Made by a program: the position numbers and the translations under genes. Shown in pieces: positions 41,968-51,770 of a DNA stretch of 64,000 bases. Below the pieces are notes generated by a model that saw nothing but the letters and a program-made list of their open reading frames with translations, searched no databases and was not told the DNA's origin. How positions within the stretch are numbered: the stretch's first letter is position 1; each line of letters opens with the position of its first letter. Origin of the DNA: an uncultured delta proteobacterium (GTDB taxonomy: Bacteria; Desulfobacterota; Binatia; UBA9968); the NCBI GenBank assembly GCA_963727625.1, contig CAVSHR010000006.1, positions 64,001 to 128,000 of the forward strand, read 5' to 3'.

Positions 41968-42381
41968 ATGTCGATCGCGGGACTTCGTTTCGGACATAGC
42001 GCTTTTAAAGTCGCTAACGTCAAGCGCAGTCTTCGCTGGTACGCGGACGTCTTTGGCGCAACAAAAATTTATCAAGCCGAGGCGTAAGGCGATCGACCGG
42101 AACTGATGTTTCTCGAATTCACCAAGGGGCAGTGCGTCGAGCTATTCACCGGCGGCAAGAACATGCTGCCCTCGCCGCCGGATCCGATCGGGTACGTTCA
42201 CTTTTGCCTGGTGGTCGACGATCTGGAACAGGCGCTGGAATATCTCGCCACCATGAACGTCAAGCCGGAGCGAAAGTTTATCGGCCGGGCCAAGCAACAA
42301 ATCGCGTTTGTCTCCGATCCCGATGGCAACAGCATCGAGCCGATGGAAATCCCGCCGGATTCGGAAATTTACCGTGAGTAA
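41968..42381 (+). pseudogene. VOC/glyoxalase family protein with one in-frame TAA (42085-42087)
   Basis: GHSAFKV..SLRWYADVFG then TAA, same frame continues VELF, HFCLVVDD, DPDGNSIE. Confidence 0.8.
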
Positions 42382-42419
42382 GGAATGGAAGAGTTCGCAC
42401 TGGAGAGACCAGCGGCAAA

Positions 42420-42444
42420 GGGCGGGTTTCAAACCCGCCCCTAC
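42420..42444 (-). repeat. GTAG-type REP palindrome
   Basis: Minus strand GTAGGGGCGGGTTTGAAACCCGCCC. Confidence 0.7.
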
Positions 42445-42449
42445 GTTGC

Positions 42450-43313
42450 TTAATAGCCGTACTTTTTTTCCAGCGCCTTCAGCTCCTCGTTGCCCATGTT
42501 GGCGTACCATTTGCGCGTGTCTTCGATGCCGGGCGTGTTTTTGAAATAACCCGCCTCGGTGCCGTTTTTCTTGAGTTCCTCCAAGCATTGGCGCATGCCG
42601 TGCAGCGCCGCCACCTGCAACACCGTCGGTATGCAGCCGACGCGGCCGCCGAGCTCGCCCCATTTCTCCACCATCATCAGGCCGCGCGGCGGCACGCCGA
42701 CCAGCGGTTTGCCGAGCTTCGCATAGGCTTTGATGTCGTCTTCGGAGCGCGCGCTCAGCCAGGCGGCGTCGGCCCCGGCTTCGATGCAGGCCTGGGTGCG
42801 GTCCAACCGCTCCTGCAAAGAATCTTTCGCTTCCGAGCGCGCGATGATGACCAGATTTTCATCGCGGCGGGTGTCCACCGCAGCTTTGATCTTGTTGACG
42901 AACTCGGTTTTCGAAACCAAGCCGACGTCGAAGCCTTCATGGCCGGCGCGCTTGGGCGTCATCTGATCTTCGATATGAATTGCGGCCACGCCGGCCTTTT
43001 CAAATTCGCGCACCGCACGCACCACGTTGACGGCGTTGCCGTAGCCGGTCTCGGCGTCGCTGACGATTGGAATATTCACGGCGTCGACAATTTCGCGGGC
43101 GCGGTTGATCATCTCCGTCAGCGTGAGCAGTCCGGCGTCGGCGAAGCCGAGCGAACGGTGTTGCCCGCTGCCGGAAATATGCACGAGGGGAAAGCCGAGC
43201 CATTCCACCAGGCGGGCTTGGATACCGTCGTTGCAGCTCGGCGCCAGATGACAGGCGGGCTCGCCGAGCATCTTGCGCAATGCTTTGCGTTTTTCAGTTG
43301 CGGTTGCTTCCAT
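42450..43313 (-). CDS. Isocitrate lyase/PEP mutase family protein
   Basis: DAETGYG, IHIEDQ..PKRAGH, IIARSE, AGADA. Confidence 0.9.
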   Translation of the reverse strand: MEATATEKRKALRKMLGEPACHLAPSCNDGIQARLVEWLGFPLVHISGSGQHRSLGFADAGLLTLTEMINRAREIVDAVNIPIVSDAETGYGNAVNVVRAVREFEKAGVAAIHIEDQMTPKRAGHEGFDVGLVSKTEFVNKIKAAVDTRRDENLVIIARSEAKDSLQERLDRTQACIEAGADAAWLSARSEDDIKAYAKLGKPLVGVPPRGLMMVEKWGELGGRVGCIPTVLQVAALHGMRQCLEELKKNGTEAGYFKNTPGIEDTRKWYANMGNEELKALEKKYGY

Positions 43314-43380
43314 GATCATTCGTCCTTTCAGAGTTTCCCGTTGGAGATTTGCCGCTTCGATGCATTGGGGCACCGCGTGC

Positions 43381-44064
43381 TTACGCCCGTTGTTTCCCGG
43401 CCCTGGCGAATTCATCTCTGCGCCCGACCGTGGCTTTGAGCAGCTCGGGTGGAATCGCTTTGGCGCCGCCGAGCACTTCGGCAAAGATCGCCATTTGCGC
43501 CGCTTCTTCGACGATCAAATTCGCCCGTGCCGCGGCGCCAGGGTCGGCGCCAAAAGCGAGCACGCCGTGGCTTTCCAGGAGCACCGCTTTGGTTTTTTTG
43601 GCGGCGCTCAAGGCCTCGGCGATATTTGCAATCGATTCGGCGGAGCCGCGCGGCCCATACTTGGCGAGCGGGATACCGTCGGTCATGTCCTGGCGCACCA
43701 GGGCTTCGTAGGAGCAACCGAGGGCACGGCTTGCCAACGCGAAACTAGTCGCGTAGGTCGAGTGGGTATGCACCACGGCACCGGTGTCGGGTCGTTCCTT
43801 GTAAACGATCGCATGCATATGGACGATCTCGGCGTTGCTCGGATTGATTTCGCCTTCGAGCAGTTTGCCGTCGAGGTCCAGCAGAGCAAGGTTTTCCGGC
43901 TTCAAATTGTCAAATGAGCTGGTGGCGGTGAGCAAGATCGTGTCTGTGTTCGGCACGCGCACGCTGAAATTACCGTGATGGCTCATCGATATCGCGCCGG
44001 TGCGCACGAGCAATCTCGCGCTGTCGATCACGGCTTGACGCAGTTCTTTATGATTTAATGCCAT
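43381..44064 (-). CDS. Class II aldolase/adducin family protein
   Basis: GNFSVR, EIVHMHA, HTHSTYA, LLESHG; GGAGG RBS. Confidence 0.9.
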   Translation of the reverse strand: MALNHKELRQAVIDSARLLVRTGAISMSHHGNFSVRVPNTDTILLTATSSFDNLKPENLALLDLDGKLLEGEINPSNAEIVHMHAIVYKERPDTGAVVHTHSTYATSFALASRALGCSYEALVRQDMTDGIPLAKYGPRGSAESIANIAEALSAAKKTKAVLLESHGVLAFGADPGAAARANLIVEEAAQMAIFAEVLGGAKAIPPELLKATVGRRDEFARAGKQRA

Positions 44065-44104
44065 AGCGCCTCCTGTATGTTTGTGCGGCGAGTCCTGCTC
44101 GACT

Positions 44105-44785
44105 TCAGTGGTTTTCCAGCCGGCTGCTGAAATATTCCCAGGCCCGGTTCGACACTTCTTCACCGGAGACCTGGGGATAAATGACGGCCAGTTCTTCGTT
44201 GGTAAAATAGCGCGGCTTGCCGGCAGCCATCGCGCGCAGCTGATAATTTGCCGCCTCTTCCATCCACAGCGTCATGACGCAGACGCGCTTTACATCCTTG
44301 TCGGCGACATTCACGCCGTGGCCGCGCAACAGCATGGCGCCGTGCTGGCCCAACGTATTGGCAACTTGGTCGCCGAGCTCGCGCGTACGAATCAGCGTGA
44401 TCCGATCGAACACCCGCACGTTGTTTTTGAAGACTGCACCGGACGCGTGCAGCGGACGGATGCTTTCTCCCAGGGAGCCGAGCACCACGCAGCTCGGCGG
44501 ATGGGCATGGCAAACCGACTGGACATCCGGACGTGCCTTGTAAATGCGCGCATGAATCCAGAATTCGGTAATTGGCCGACCGTCGCCGGCCAGTTGATGG
44601 CCTTCCACATCGAGCTCCAAAAGATTGTCCAATCGCACCAGCGCCGGACTCATGCGCGGGGAAAAAATAAACCGGTCGGTGCCGGGAATGCGCGCGCTCA
44701 CGTGGCCGAAAGCCGCGGCGATGCCCTGCTGGTGCAGGATATGACTCGCCGCGACGATGTCTTGCTTGATTGATTCGAGATCCAT
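44105..44785 (-). CDS. Class II aldolase/adducin family protein
   Basis: GHVSAR, EFWIH, HAHPP, LLRGHG. Confidence 0.9.
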   Translation of the reverse strand: MDLESIKQDIVAASHILHQQGIAAAFGHVSARIPGTDRFIFSPRMSPALVRLDNLLELDVEGHQLAGDGRPITEFWIHARIYKARPDVQSVCHAHPPSCVVLGSLGESIRPLHASGAVFKNNVRVFDRITLIRTRELGDQVANTLGQHGAMLLRGHGVNVADKDVKRVCVMTLWMEEAANYQLRAMAAGKPRYFTNEELAVIYPQVSGEEVSNRAWEYFSSRLENH

Positions 44786-44885
44786 CTTGCCTTGACGCCC
44801 GCTTCAGTCTCAAATCCCATACGTCAGGCGGCGGCAAATGTCCAACGCAGCATGCGCCGCACGGTAAAATTGACAGGCCAGTCGG

Positions 44886-46613
44886 TTGTTCGATATATCG
44901 AAGCTCATGCTGACGCAAACCTGGCAGACTTCCGAGCGCAGATATCGCGTGCGCGAGGAAAGAGATTTTCAGATCCCCGTATCCGATGGCACTAAACTCA
45001 ACAGTTTTCTTTACCGGCCCGACGCCGACGGAAAATTTCCCGTAATCTTGGGAGTATGCGCCTACTCTCTCGACGACCAGGTCGCGCCGGTGATGCCGGT
45101 GGGCGCCGGCGGCATCCGCGGTCATATGGAAGCGGGCGATCCCAATTTTTATGTCGCACGCGGCTACGCGCACGTGATTATGAATGTCCGCGGCACCGGC
45201 AAGTCCGAGGGATTCTACGACTTTCTAGGTCCGAGGGAGATTCGAGACGTTTACGACGCCATCGAATGGCTGGCCAAACAGCCTTGGTGCAACGGCAAAG
45301 TCGGCATGTTCGGTCCTTCCTATTTCACCATGGTGCAGAAGCGCGTCGCCGCGCTCAATCCGCCGTCATTGAAATGCGTTTTTGCCATGTACGGCTTGAC
45401 CGATCTCTACCGCGATCTGGATTATCACGGCGGTATTCTGCACCATAATTTTCGCACCCGCTGGATTCCCAAGCTCGCCAATCTGCGCTCGAAGAATCGC
45501 ATGAGAGAAAAGCTCGGCGACGAAGAATACCGGCGCCGAGTGCAGGCGGCGTTGAGCGATCCGGAAGTCGCGTCGGTCCCGGCCTTGGTCGAAGCATTGA
45601 GGGACCCGGACAAGGGACACAACGCGTGGATCGTCGAGCCGCTCCTGTTTCCGCAGTATTCGGAATTCTGGCAGGAATGGCACGCCGCTACCCAGGGGGA
45701 GCTTAAGGTTCCCGCCTATCTCGGCAGTTGTTGGGGCGTTTACGGCATTCATCTCGCCGGCGATATGCGTTCCTGGGAGCAGTGGCAGGGACCGAAAAGA
45801 TTTACCCTCGGACCGCCGATCTATCTCGACCGGCCGGTTTATCAATACCACTATGAATCGCTGCGCTGGTTCGATCTCTGGCTCAAGGACAACGACACCG
45901 GCATCATGGACGAGCCGCCCGTCCAGGTGTTTCTCGATGGCAGTAACGGTGAATGGATCGAGGCCCAGCAGTGGCCGCTGCCGCAGACACGCTGGACGCC
46001 GTTCTATTTGCACGAGCATGGTCTGCTCTCCGAGCATGAATTCTGGGCCGATGAACCGCCTACGGTGTATATCGATTCGCCCTACGAGCGCGGCAGCGCT
46101 CTGTTTCGAACGCCGGCGGTGGTCGAAGCCACAGATGTCTGCGGGCCGATATCTTTGACACTCTACGCCTCGACGACCGACAACGAAGTTTTATGGTTTG
46201 TCCAGATACTCGAAGTCGACCCGCAGGGCAGCGAACGTTTGTTGACGCGCGGTTGGCTGAGAGGCTCACAGCGCCGCCTCGATCCGAGCCGCTCCAAGCC
46301 CTGGGCGCCTTATCACACGCACGAACGGCGCGAGCCGCTGATGCCCAATGAGATATACGAATTCAATATCGAGATTCGGCCTTACGGCATCCGCCTCCGC
46401 CCAGGCCATCGCCTGGCAATTCGCATCTCCGGCCACGACGGCGATCCGCCGACGCACCATCTGCACGGCATCGCCTCCGGCCATGTGGCGCGCCAATCGA
46501 GTTCGCGGGTGACGATCTATCACGACGCCGAGCATCCGTCGCATTTGCTTTTGCCGGTGACGCGCGGCAACCGCATCGGCACGTTTATCTCGGGGGGACA
46601 GATTACAAGCTAG
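44886..46613 (+). CDS. CocE/NonD family serine hydrolase
   Basis: RGTGKSEG, QPWCNGKVGMFGPSY, TRGWLRGS, IYHDAEHPS. Confidence 0.9.
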   Translation: MFDISKLMLTQTWQTSERRYRVREERDFQIPVSDGTKLNSFLYRPDADGKFPVILGVCAYSLDDQVAPVMPVGAGGIRGHMEAGDPNFYVARGYAHVIMNVRGTGKSEGFYDFLGPREIRDVYDAIEWLAKQPWCNGKVGMFGPSYFTMVQKRVAALNPPSLKCVFAMYGLTDLYRDLDYHGGILHHNFRTRWIPKLANLRSKNRMREKLGDEEYRRRVQAALSDPEVASVPALVEALRDPDKGHNAWIVEPLLFPQYSEFWQEWHAATQGELKVPAYLGSCWGVYGIHLAGDMRSWEQWQGPKRFTLGPPIYLDRPVYQYHYESLRWFDLWLKDNDTGIMDEPPVQVFLDGSNGEWIEAQQWPLPQTRWTPFYLHEHGLLSEHEFWADEPPTVYIDSPYERGSALFRTPAVVEATDVCGPISLTLYASTTDNEVLWFVQILEVDPQGSERLLTRGWLRGSQRRLDPSRSKPWAPYHTHERREPLMPNEIYEFNIEIRPYGIRLRPGHRLAIRISGHDGDPPTHHLHGIASGHVARQSSSRVTIYHDAEHPSHLLLPVTRGNRIGTFISGGQITS

Positions 46614-46830
46614 CGATCGTCGGTGTGGGAACGGCTAAGGACTGGCACATCGATCTCCGTGAGGATACCTTCGGCGGCGTTGTCGCGTAGCTGAAAGGGC
46701 GTTTGTCTGGGTCAAGAAGCGCCACGAAAATGAAACCGGCCAGGTTCGAAAATCCCCCTGCGAGATTACCATCGATGGTCAGTGGCGCACGCTTTGATCG
46801 GAACTGCGGTCAGCACACTTAAGAAACCTT

Positions 46831-47922
46831 TCAGTCGAAATGATACAAGCGCTGCGGGTTTGCCGAGAGGATTTTCTCGACGGTCTGATCGCTCAGATCG
46901 CCGCGAGCTTTTAACCCGTTGGCGAGTTGATCCTGGCGAAAGGCATCGCCATGGGGAAAGTCGGTCGCCGTCACTAAAAAATCGTCGCCGATCTTGCTTT
47001 TGATGTAGGGAATGTCGTCATCGATGGCGCAGGAGACGAAGACACGCTCGCTGAGCCATTGATCGATCTTGTCGCCTTTGGTGGCGCGAAGCCCTTTGAC
47101 GAGCCGTACGGTCCAATCGGCGCCCGCTTCCAAAAACCCGACGCGAAGCTTGGGAAAATCGTCAAGCAGTTTCGAGCCGAGTATTTGCTGAAACGCATAG
47201 AGCACATAGGGGCCGCTGACTATGCCTTTGCCGAGCGGATGGACATGGGGACGCGAGTCGTCATAGGCCGGCCGCGGCACCCCTTGGAACATTTCCCGAA
47301 TCATCGGGCTCGATCCGTTGCCGACATGCACCGTAACCGGCAAGTCCTGGCGTTCCGCTTCTTCGTAAATCGGCCAATGATCGGGATGCGTCAGCGGCCG
47401 GTCCCATTCGATGCCGCGCGCGTAGATTCCCACAACCGACCCGAGTGTCTTGACGCGGCGCATTTCTTTAACCGCCATGTCGGGACGGCGCCATGGAACA
47501 ATCGCGACATATCGAAGGCGGCCGCCCGATTGGCCGCACTGGCCGGCCATGAATTGGTTGTAGCTCCGCGCCAACGCCGCTTCCAGCTCGACGTTTTCCG
47601 CCAGGCAGCCAAGCCAAATCGAGGGAAAGACCACTTGCGTGTCGATGCCTAGTTCGTCCATGTAACTCAGGCGCTTTTCGACATTGCGCATTTCCTGCAC
47701 CGGGATCGGCACGTCTTTTTCCTGCGCGCGCCGCATCGTCGTCGGGTTGGCGGCAAAGAAGCGCAGCTTGTAGTCGATCACCCAGGCGGCGTTGTGCGTG
47801 CCGAAACAGGTGTCTTCCGGAAACGTCACCGGGATCGGCCGCAGCAGATAAAATTTCGGATCGAGAGACTGCCAAGTTTCGACGCACTCTTCGACATGGG
47901 CGTCGCAATCGATAACTTTCAC
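46831..47922 (-). CDS. Amidohydrolase_2 family protein
   Basis: IDCDAH, YNQF, HVG, FLEAG, TDFPH. Confidence 0.9.
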   Translation of the reverse strand: MKVIDCDAHVEECVETWQSLDPKFYLLRPIPVTFPEDTCFGTHNAAWVIDYKLRFFAANPTTMRRAQEKDVPIPVQEMRNVEKRLSYMDELGIDTQVVFPSIWLGCLAENVELEAALARSYNQFMAGQCGQSGGRLRYVAIVPWRRPDMAVKEMRRVKTLGSVVGIYARGIEWDRPLTHPDHWPIYEEAERQDLPVTVHVGNGSSPMIREMFQGVPRPAYDDSRPHVHPLGKGIVSGPYVLYAFQQILGSKLLDDFPKLRVGFLEAGADWTVRLVKGLRATKGDKIDQWLSERVFVSCAIDDDIPYIKSKIGDDFLVTATDFPHGDAFRQDQLANGLKARGDLSDQTVEKILSANPQRLYHFD

Positions 47923-47974
47923 TGGATGATTCTCCCTATACAGCGAAAAAACATGATTCGCACTTGGCGGTTGT

Positions 47975-49138
47975 CTACTTTACAACGCCTTGGCCGCGCA
48001 AGTCGCTCAGCGCCGAAGCGCTGAGACCGAGAACCTCGCCGAGGACCTGGTCGGTGTGCTGGCCGATAGCCGGAGAGTCTTCGCGAATACTGGGCGGCGT
48101 CTTCGACATGTGAATCCACGGCGCGAGCAATTTGACTGGACCGGCGATGGGGTGATTGCGCTCGATGAAGGCGTTTCGCTCTTTGATATGCGGATCGTCG
48201 ATGACTTCGCCCATCGACAACACCGGCGCGCCGAAATAGTCGATTTCGCGCAGGCCGTTCCAAAGCTCCTGGCGTGTTTTTCCGCTCACCCAAGTTTTGA
48301 TCAGCTCGAATAACTCAGAACGATGCTGTTTTCGCGCCGCTGCGGTTGCAAATCTAGAATCTTCGAGCAAGTCGTCGCGGCCCATGAACTTGGCGAGTGT
48401 GACCCAGCCGCTGTCGCTCAGATCAGGAATGCGCAAGGTAAAGTAGCCGTCGGCCGCCGGCACGGGTTTGTTGCCGATCTCGATGCCGATGAAGTGCTCG
48501 TGAAATTCGCTGATCATGAAACCGAGCAGCGCTTCCTGCATCGATACGACGATTCTCTGCCCTTCGCCGCTGCGCTCGCGGGCATGGAGCGCCGCGAGAA
48601 TGCCGCATGCCATGCTGACGCCGGCGGCCTCGTCGCCGATGCCGATCGCCTTGGTGCCCGGCGCGCCGCTGTAATTCCATCCGGTGTGTGTCCAGCCGGT
48701 CATGCTATTGTTGGTGTGCGCGGTGCTGCCGTAATCTTTGTACGGTCCACTCTCGCCGAAGCCGCGCGAGCAGGCGTAGATGAGCCGCGGATTGATTTTC
48801 TTCAGGTCTTCGTAGCCCAGACCGAATTTTTCCATCGTCCCGGTATGGTAATTTTCCACCACGACGTCCGCCTTGGCGATCAGTTGCCGTGCCAGGTCCG
48901 CGCCGCGCGGGCTCTTGAGATTGAGCACGACACTTTTCTTGTTGGCGTTGATCCACAGGAATTCGTAACCGTCGACTTTGCTGTTGGGCGGCATCCACGA
49001 GCGGCGAAAACCGTCGCCGGCAGGCGGTTCGATCTTGATGATCTCCGCGCCCATATGGCCGAGCATCATAGTGCAAAACGGTCCGTTCAAAGCGTGGGTG
49101 AAATCGATCACCCGAATGTCGTCGAGCGCGCCGGCCAT
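47975..49138 (-). CDS. Family III CoA transferase (CaiB/BaiF)
   Basis: RVIDFT, GAEIIKIEPP, NKKSVVLNLK, ADVVVENY, GQHT. Confidence 0.92.
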   Translation of the reverse strand: MAGALDDIRVIDFTHALNGPFCTMMLGHMGAEIIKIEPPAGDGFRRSWMPPNSKVDGYEFLWINANKKSVVLNLKSPRGADLARQLIAKADVVVENYHTGTMEKFGLGYEDLKKINPRLIYACSRGFGESGPYKDYGSTAHTNNSMTGWTHTGWNYSGAPGTKAIGIGDEAAGVSMACGILAALHARERSGEGQRIVVSMQEALLGFMISEFHEHFIGIEIGNKPVPAADGYFTLRIPDLSDSGWVTLAKFMGRDDLLEDSRFATAAARKQHRSELFELIKTWVSGKTRQELWNGLREIDYFGAPVLSMGEVIDDPHIKERNAFIERNHPIAGPVKLLAPWIHMSKTPPSIREDSPAIGQHTDQVLGEVLGLSASALSDLRGQGVVK

Positions 49139-49404
49139 GGGGTACCTCCGTAGTTAGGAAAAGATGAAGGATAAAGGCGGAAGGATGGAAATGCCCTCCG
49201 CGTTGCGTCCCTTCGATCGAGTCATTTTGATTGGCCGGACAATAACACGAAATAACCTGGACACAACAGAAATTCGACCGATGCTCCTCTCCATTAGCCC
49301 TGCACGAAAACTTGACAGAATGTCTGCGTCGGGACTAGCGTACGCGCTGTAGTCTCGAATTGTCTAGAACAGGATTCACCTGCGGCAGCGACCGAGGAGG
49401 GGAA

Positions 49405-50492
49405 ATGGCGATACGATTTCAGCGCATCTTCGCATTCACGTTCTGCATGATCTTTTGTTCTTGGTTCAGTTCCGCGGCTATGGCCGCGACGGTGGCGGAG
49501 ATCGCTCTGATGAAATCCGCCGACCGTGAAAAGATTCTCGTCGAGGGAGCGAAGAAAGAAGGCAAGCTGTTGTTCTACACCGGCCTGATCGTCGACCAGG
49601 TCGTGCGCCCGGTCAAAGCCGCCTTCGAGAAAGAATATCCGTTTCTCCAAGTGGAGTTTTTCCGCGGCAACGCCGACCGGCTGGCGCAAAAGATGTTGGC
49701 CGAATATCAAGCGAAACGCTACGAGGTCGATGTCGTCAGCGGCAGCTCCGCGGCAACGATCCTGCGGCACGCCGGTGTGATGCAGCGGTTTTATTCGCCG
49801 CCCATCGCCGAGTATCCAAGCGAGCTCAAAGACGCCAACGGTTTCTGGGGCAGCACCAATGTTTACTTCATGACCCTCGGCTACAACACGAAAATGGTCA
49901 AAGCGAGCGAGCTGCCGAAAACTTACGAGGACCTCCTCAACCCGCGTTGGAAGGGGCAGATGATGTGGTCGACCAGCCGTGGCTCGGGCGCGCCGCAGTT
50001 CATCGGCAACATTCTTGCTCACGAAGGGTGCAGGAAGCCGGCAAAGCCTATCTGCAAAAGCTGAAGCAGCAACATGTCGCCAAAAGCACCGCCAGCGCTC
50101 GCCAGATTCTCGATCTGGTGATCGCCGGCGAGTATCCGATGGCGATCCAGATTTTCAATCACCATGCTTACATCAGCAAGAAGGCCGGCGCGCCGGTCGA
50201 TTGGCAGCCGCTGGAACCGGTGACCGCGACAGTCAATTCCGTCGGCCTTGCCATAAACGCCCCGCACCCGCATGCGGCGATGCTGTTTCTCGACTTCGTG
50301 CTTTCGAAGATAGGCCAGAAAGTGTTTCAAGCGGCCAATTATCTGCCCGCGCACCCGGATATTCCCGCGCTGCAAGCCGACTTGAAACCCGGCGGCGGCC
50401 GGTTCAAGAAAGCTAATTATCTAAGCCCGGAAATTCTCTTCGACAAAAGCAACGAATGGTCGGACTATTTCGATAAAGAGTTTTTGCGCTAA
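49405..50492 (+). CDS. Extracellular solute-binding protein (frameshifted near 50016-50030)
   Basis: AKKEGKLLFY, YNTKMV, DLLNPRWKG then in new frame APHPHAAMLFLDF; two extra bases restore ILLTKGQEAG. Confidence 0.85.
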
Positions 50493-50618
50493 CTCTTGCA
50501 GAGAAGAAACCCAGGCATGGCATGAACTCGGTGGTAGTGGCATACTAGGATTGGCCTTGGCTTGTATGGTGTGGTTGTTAGTTGGATGTACTTAAAATGC
50601 AGATGAGGGTTCGTAACC

Positions 50619-50819
50619 ATGTCGAAAGTAGAAAAGCTCAAGATGGAAATTGACGCACTCCCTAAGGATGAGTTTGCCGAGATCGTCCGCTGGTTGTCGG
50701 AGAAAGATTGGGACGCATGGGATCGGGAGATCGAAGCTGATTCGCAAGCTGGCAATCTAAATTTTCTGGTACGCGAGGCGCGCGACGCTAAAACAAAAAA
50801 AACACTCAAAGACTTGTGA
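50619..50819 (+). CDS. Putative type II antitoxin
   Basis: 66 aa acidic protein, WDREIEADSQAG motif, 4-nt overlap with downstream toxin-like gene. Confidence 0.75.
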   Translation: MSKVEKLKMEIDALPKDEFAEIVRWLSEKDWDAWDREIEADSQAGNLNFLVREARDAKTKKTLKDL

Positions 50820-51079
50820 GCCACCGAACAACTCCTCGGTTTTGGTCATGCCTCGGACGGTTGCCGGAATCGGTCCAGGGAGTAGCGCGACGAAATTTCA
50901 ATCTCCTCAAACAAAATCCTGCACACCCATCTCTCCGCTTCAAAAAGGTCGGCAAACTCTGGTCCGTAAGGGCAGGACCGCATCATCGAGCGTTAGCGGT
51001 CGAGGATGGCGCGGATTTTATCTGGGTTTGGATCGGGCGACACGATGAGTACGAGCGACTGATGAAGCAGCAGGGCTAG
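50816..51079 (+). CDS. ParE/RelE-like toxin
   Basis: TTPRFW...LLKQNPAHPSLRFKKV..WSVR...HRALA...WVWIGRHDEY. Confidence 0.8.
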   Translation: MSHRTTPRFWSCLGRLPESVQGVARRNFNLLKQNPAHPSLRFKKVGKLWSVRAGPHHRALAVEDGADFIWVWIGRHDEYERLMKQQG

Positions 51080-51209
51080 CTTCTATCGGAGATAGTCACT
51101 GGAGCCGGGTGTAAAAAAGAAATTTCTCTGTCTCGCCAAAGTCGCCCCCACTTGCTTTTTGCGAAGCTTTTTGTCGATTGACTCATACAGTGTAGCGCCA
51201 GGAGGGCCC

Positions 51210-51581
51210 ATGACGACAGTACGCCTGTATTTGATGACACGGCAAACGCTCGTTCAGTTGCATCGAAAAATCAGGTTTCAGCGTGTGCCATGCGTCGGCG
51301 AGTGGTTGAGGTTCGAACGTAGCGGGTTATTGCCGCACCATATTACTGAAGTGGAGCACGACGAGCTTGGACATGTTGAAGTCGTAACAGGTCTTCAGAA
51401 AGATGATACCGATAAACTCTTGTTTCACGAAACCGCCGAGGACCTTGAATATAATGTTGACGAGTTAGTCAAAGGCGGCTGGAGGGTGGTTTCGAAAACG
51501 CCAAATCGATATTGGGGGAAAAGGCGGGCTAGCGCCTGGAGCGATTGGCACCACGCGAGGCGAAGCGACGCCGATGAATGA
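51210..51581 (+). CDS. Hypothetical protein
   Basis: AGGAGG RBS before MTTVRLY; no recognised motif. Confidence 0.55.
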   Translation: MTTVRLYLMTRQTLVQLHRKIRFQRVPCVGEWLRFERSGLLPHHITEVEHDELGHVEVVTGLQKDDTDKLLFHETAEDLEYNVDELVKGGWRVVSKTPNRYWGKRRASAWSDWHHARRSDADE

Positions 51582-51770
51582 TGATAGGGTCCGACAGGAA
51601 ATCTGGGCGGCAATCAGAACGTTGGAGCTCTTTGACAAAACTGTGAGGGGACTTGAGACTGCTTCGCTCCTAGGTGGCAAGCTCGGTGAATTTAGCGAAT
51701 GGCGTGACCGTAGGAAAAAGGACCCGGATCGCTGAGGCTCCAGGATCATTTTTAGTTTGAACGGATTCGG

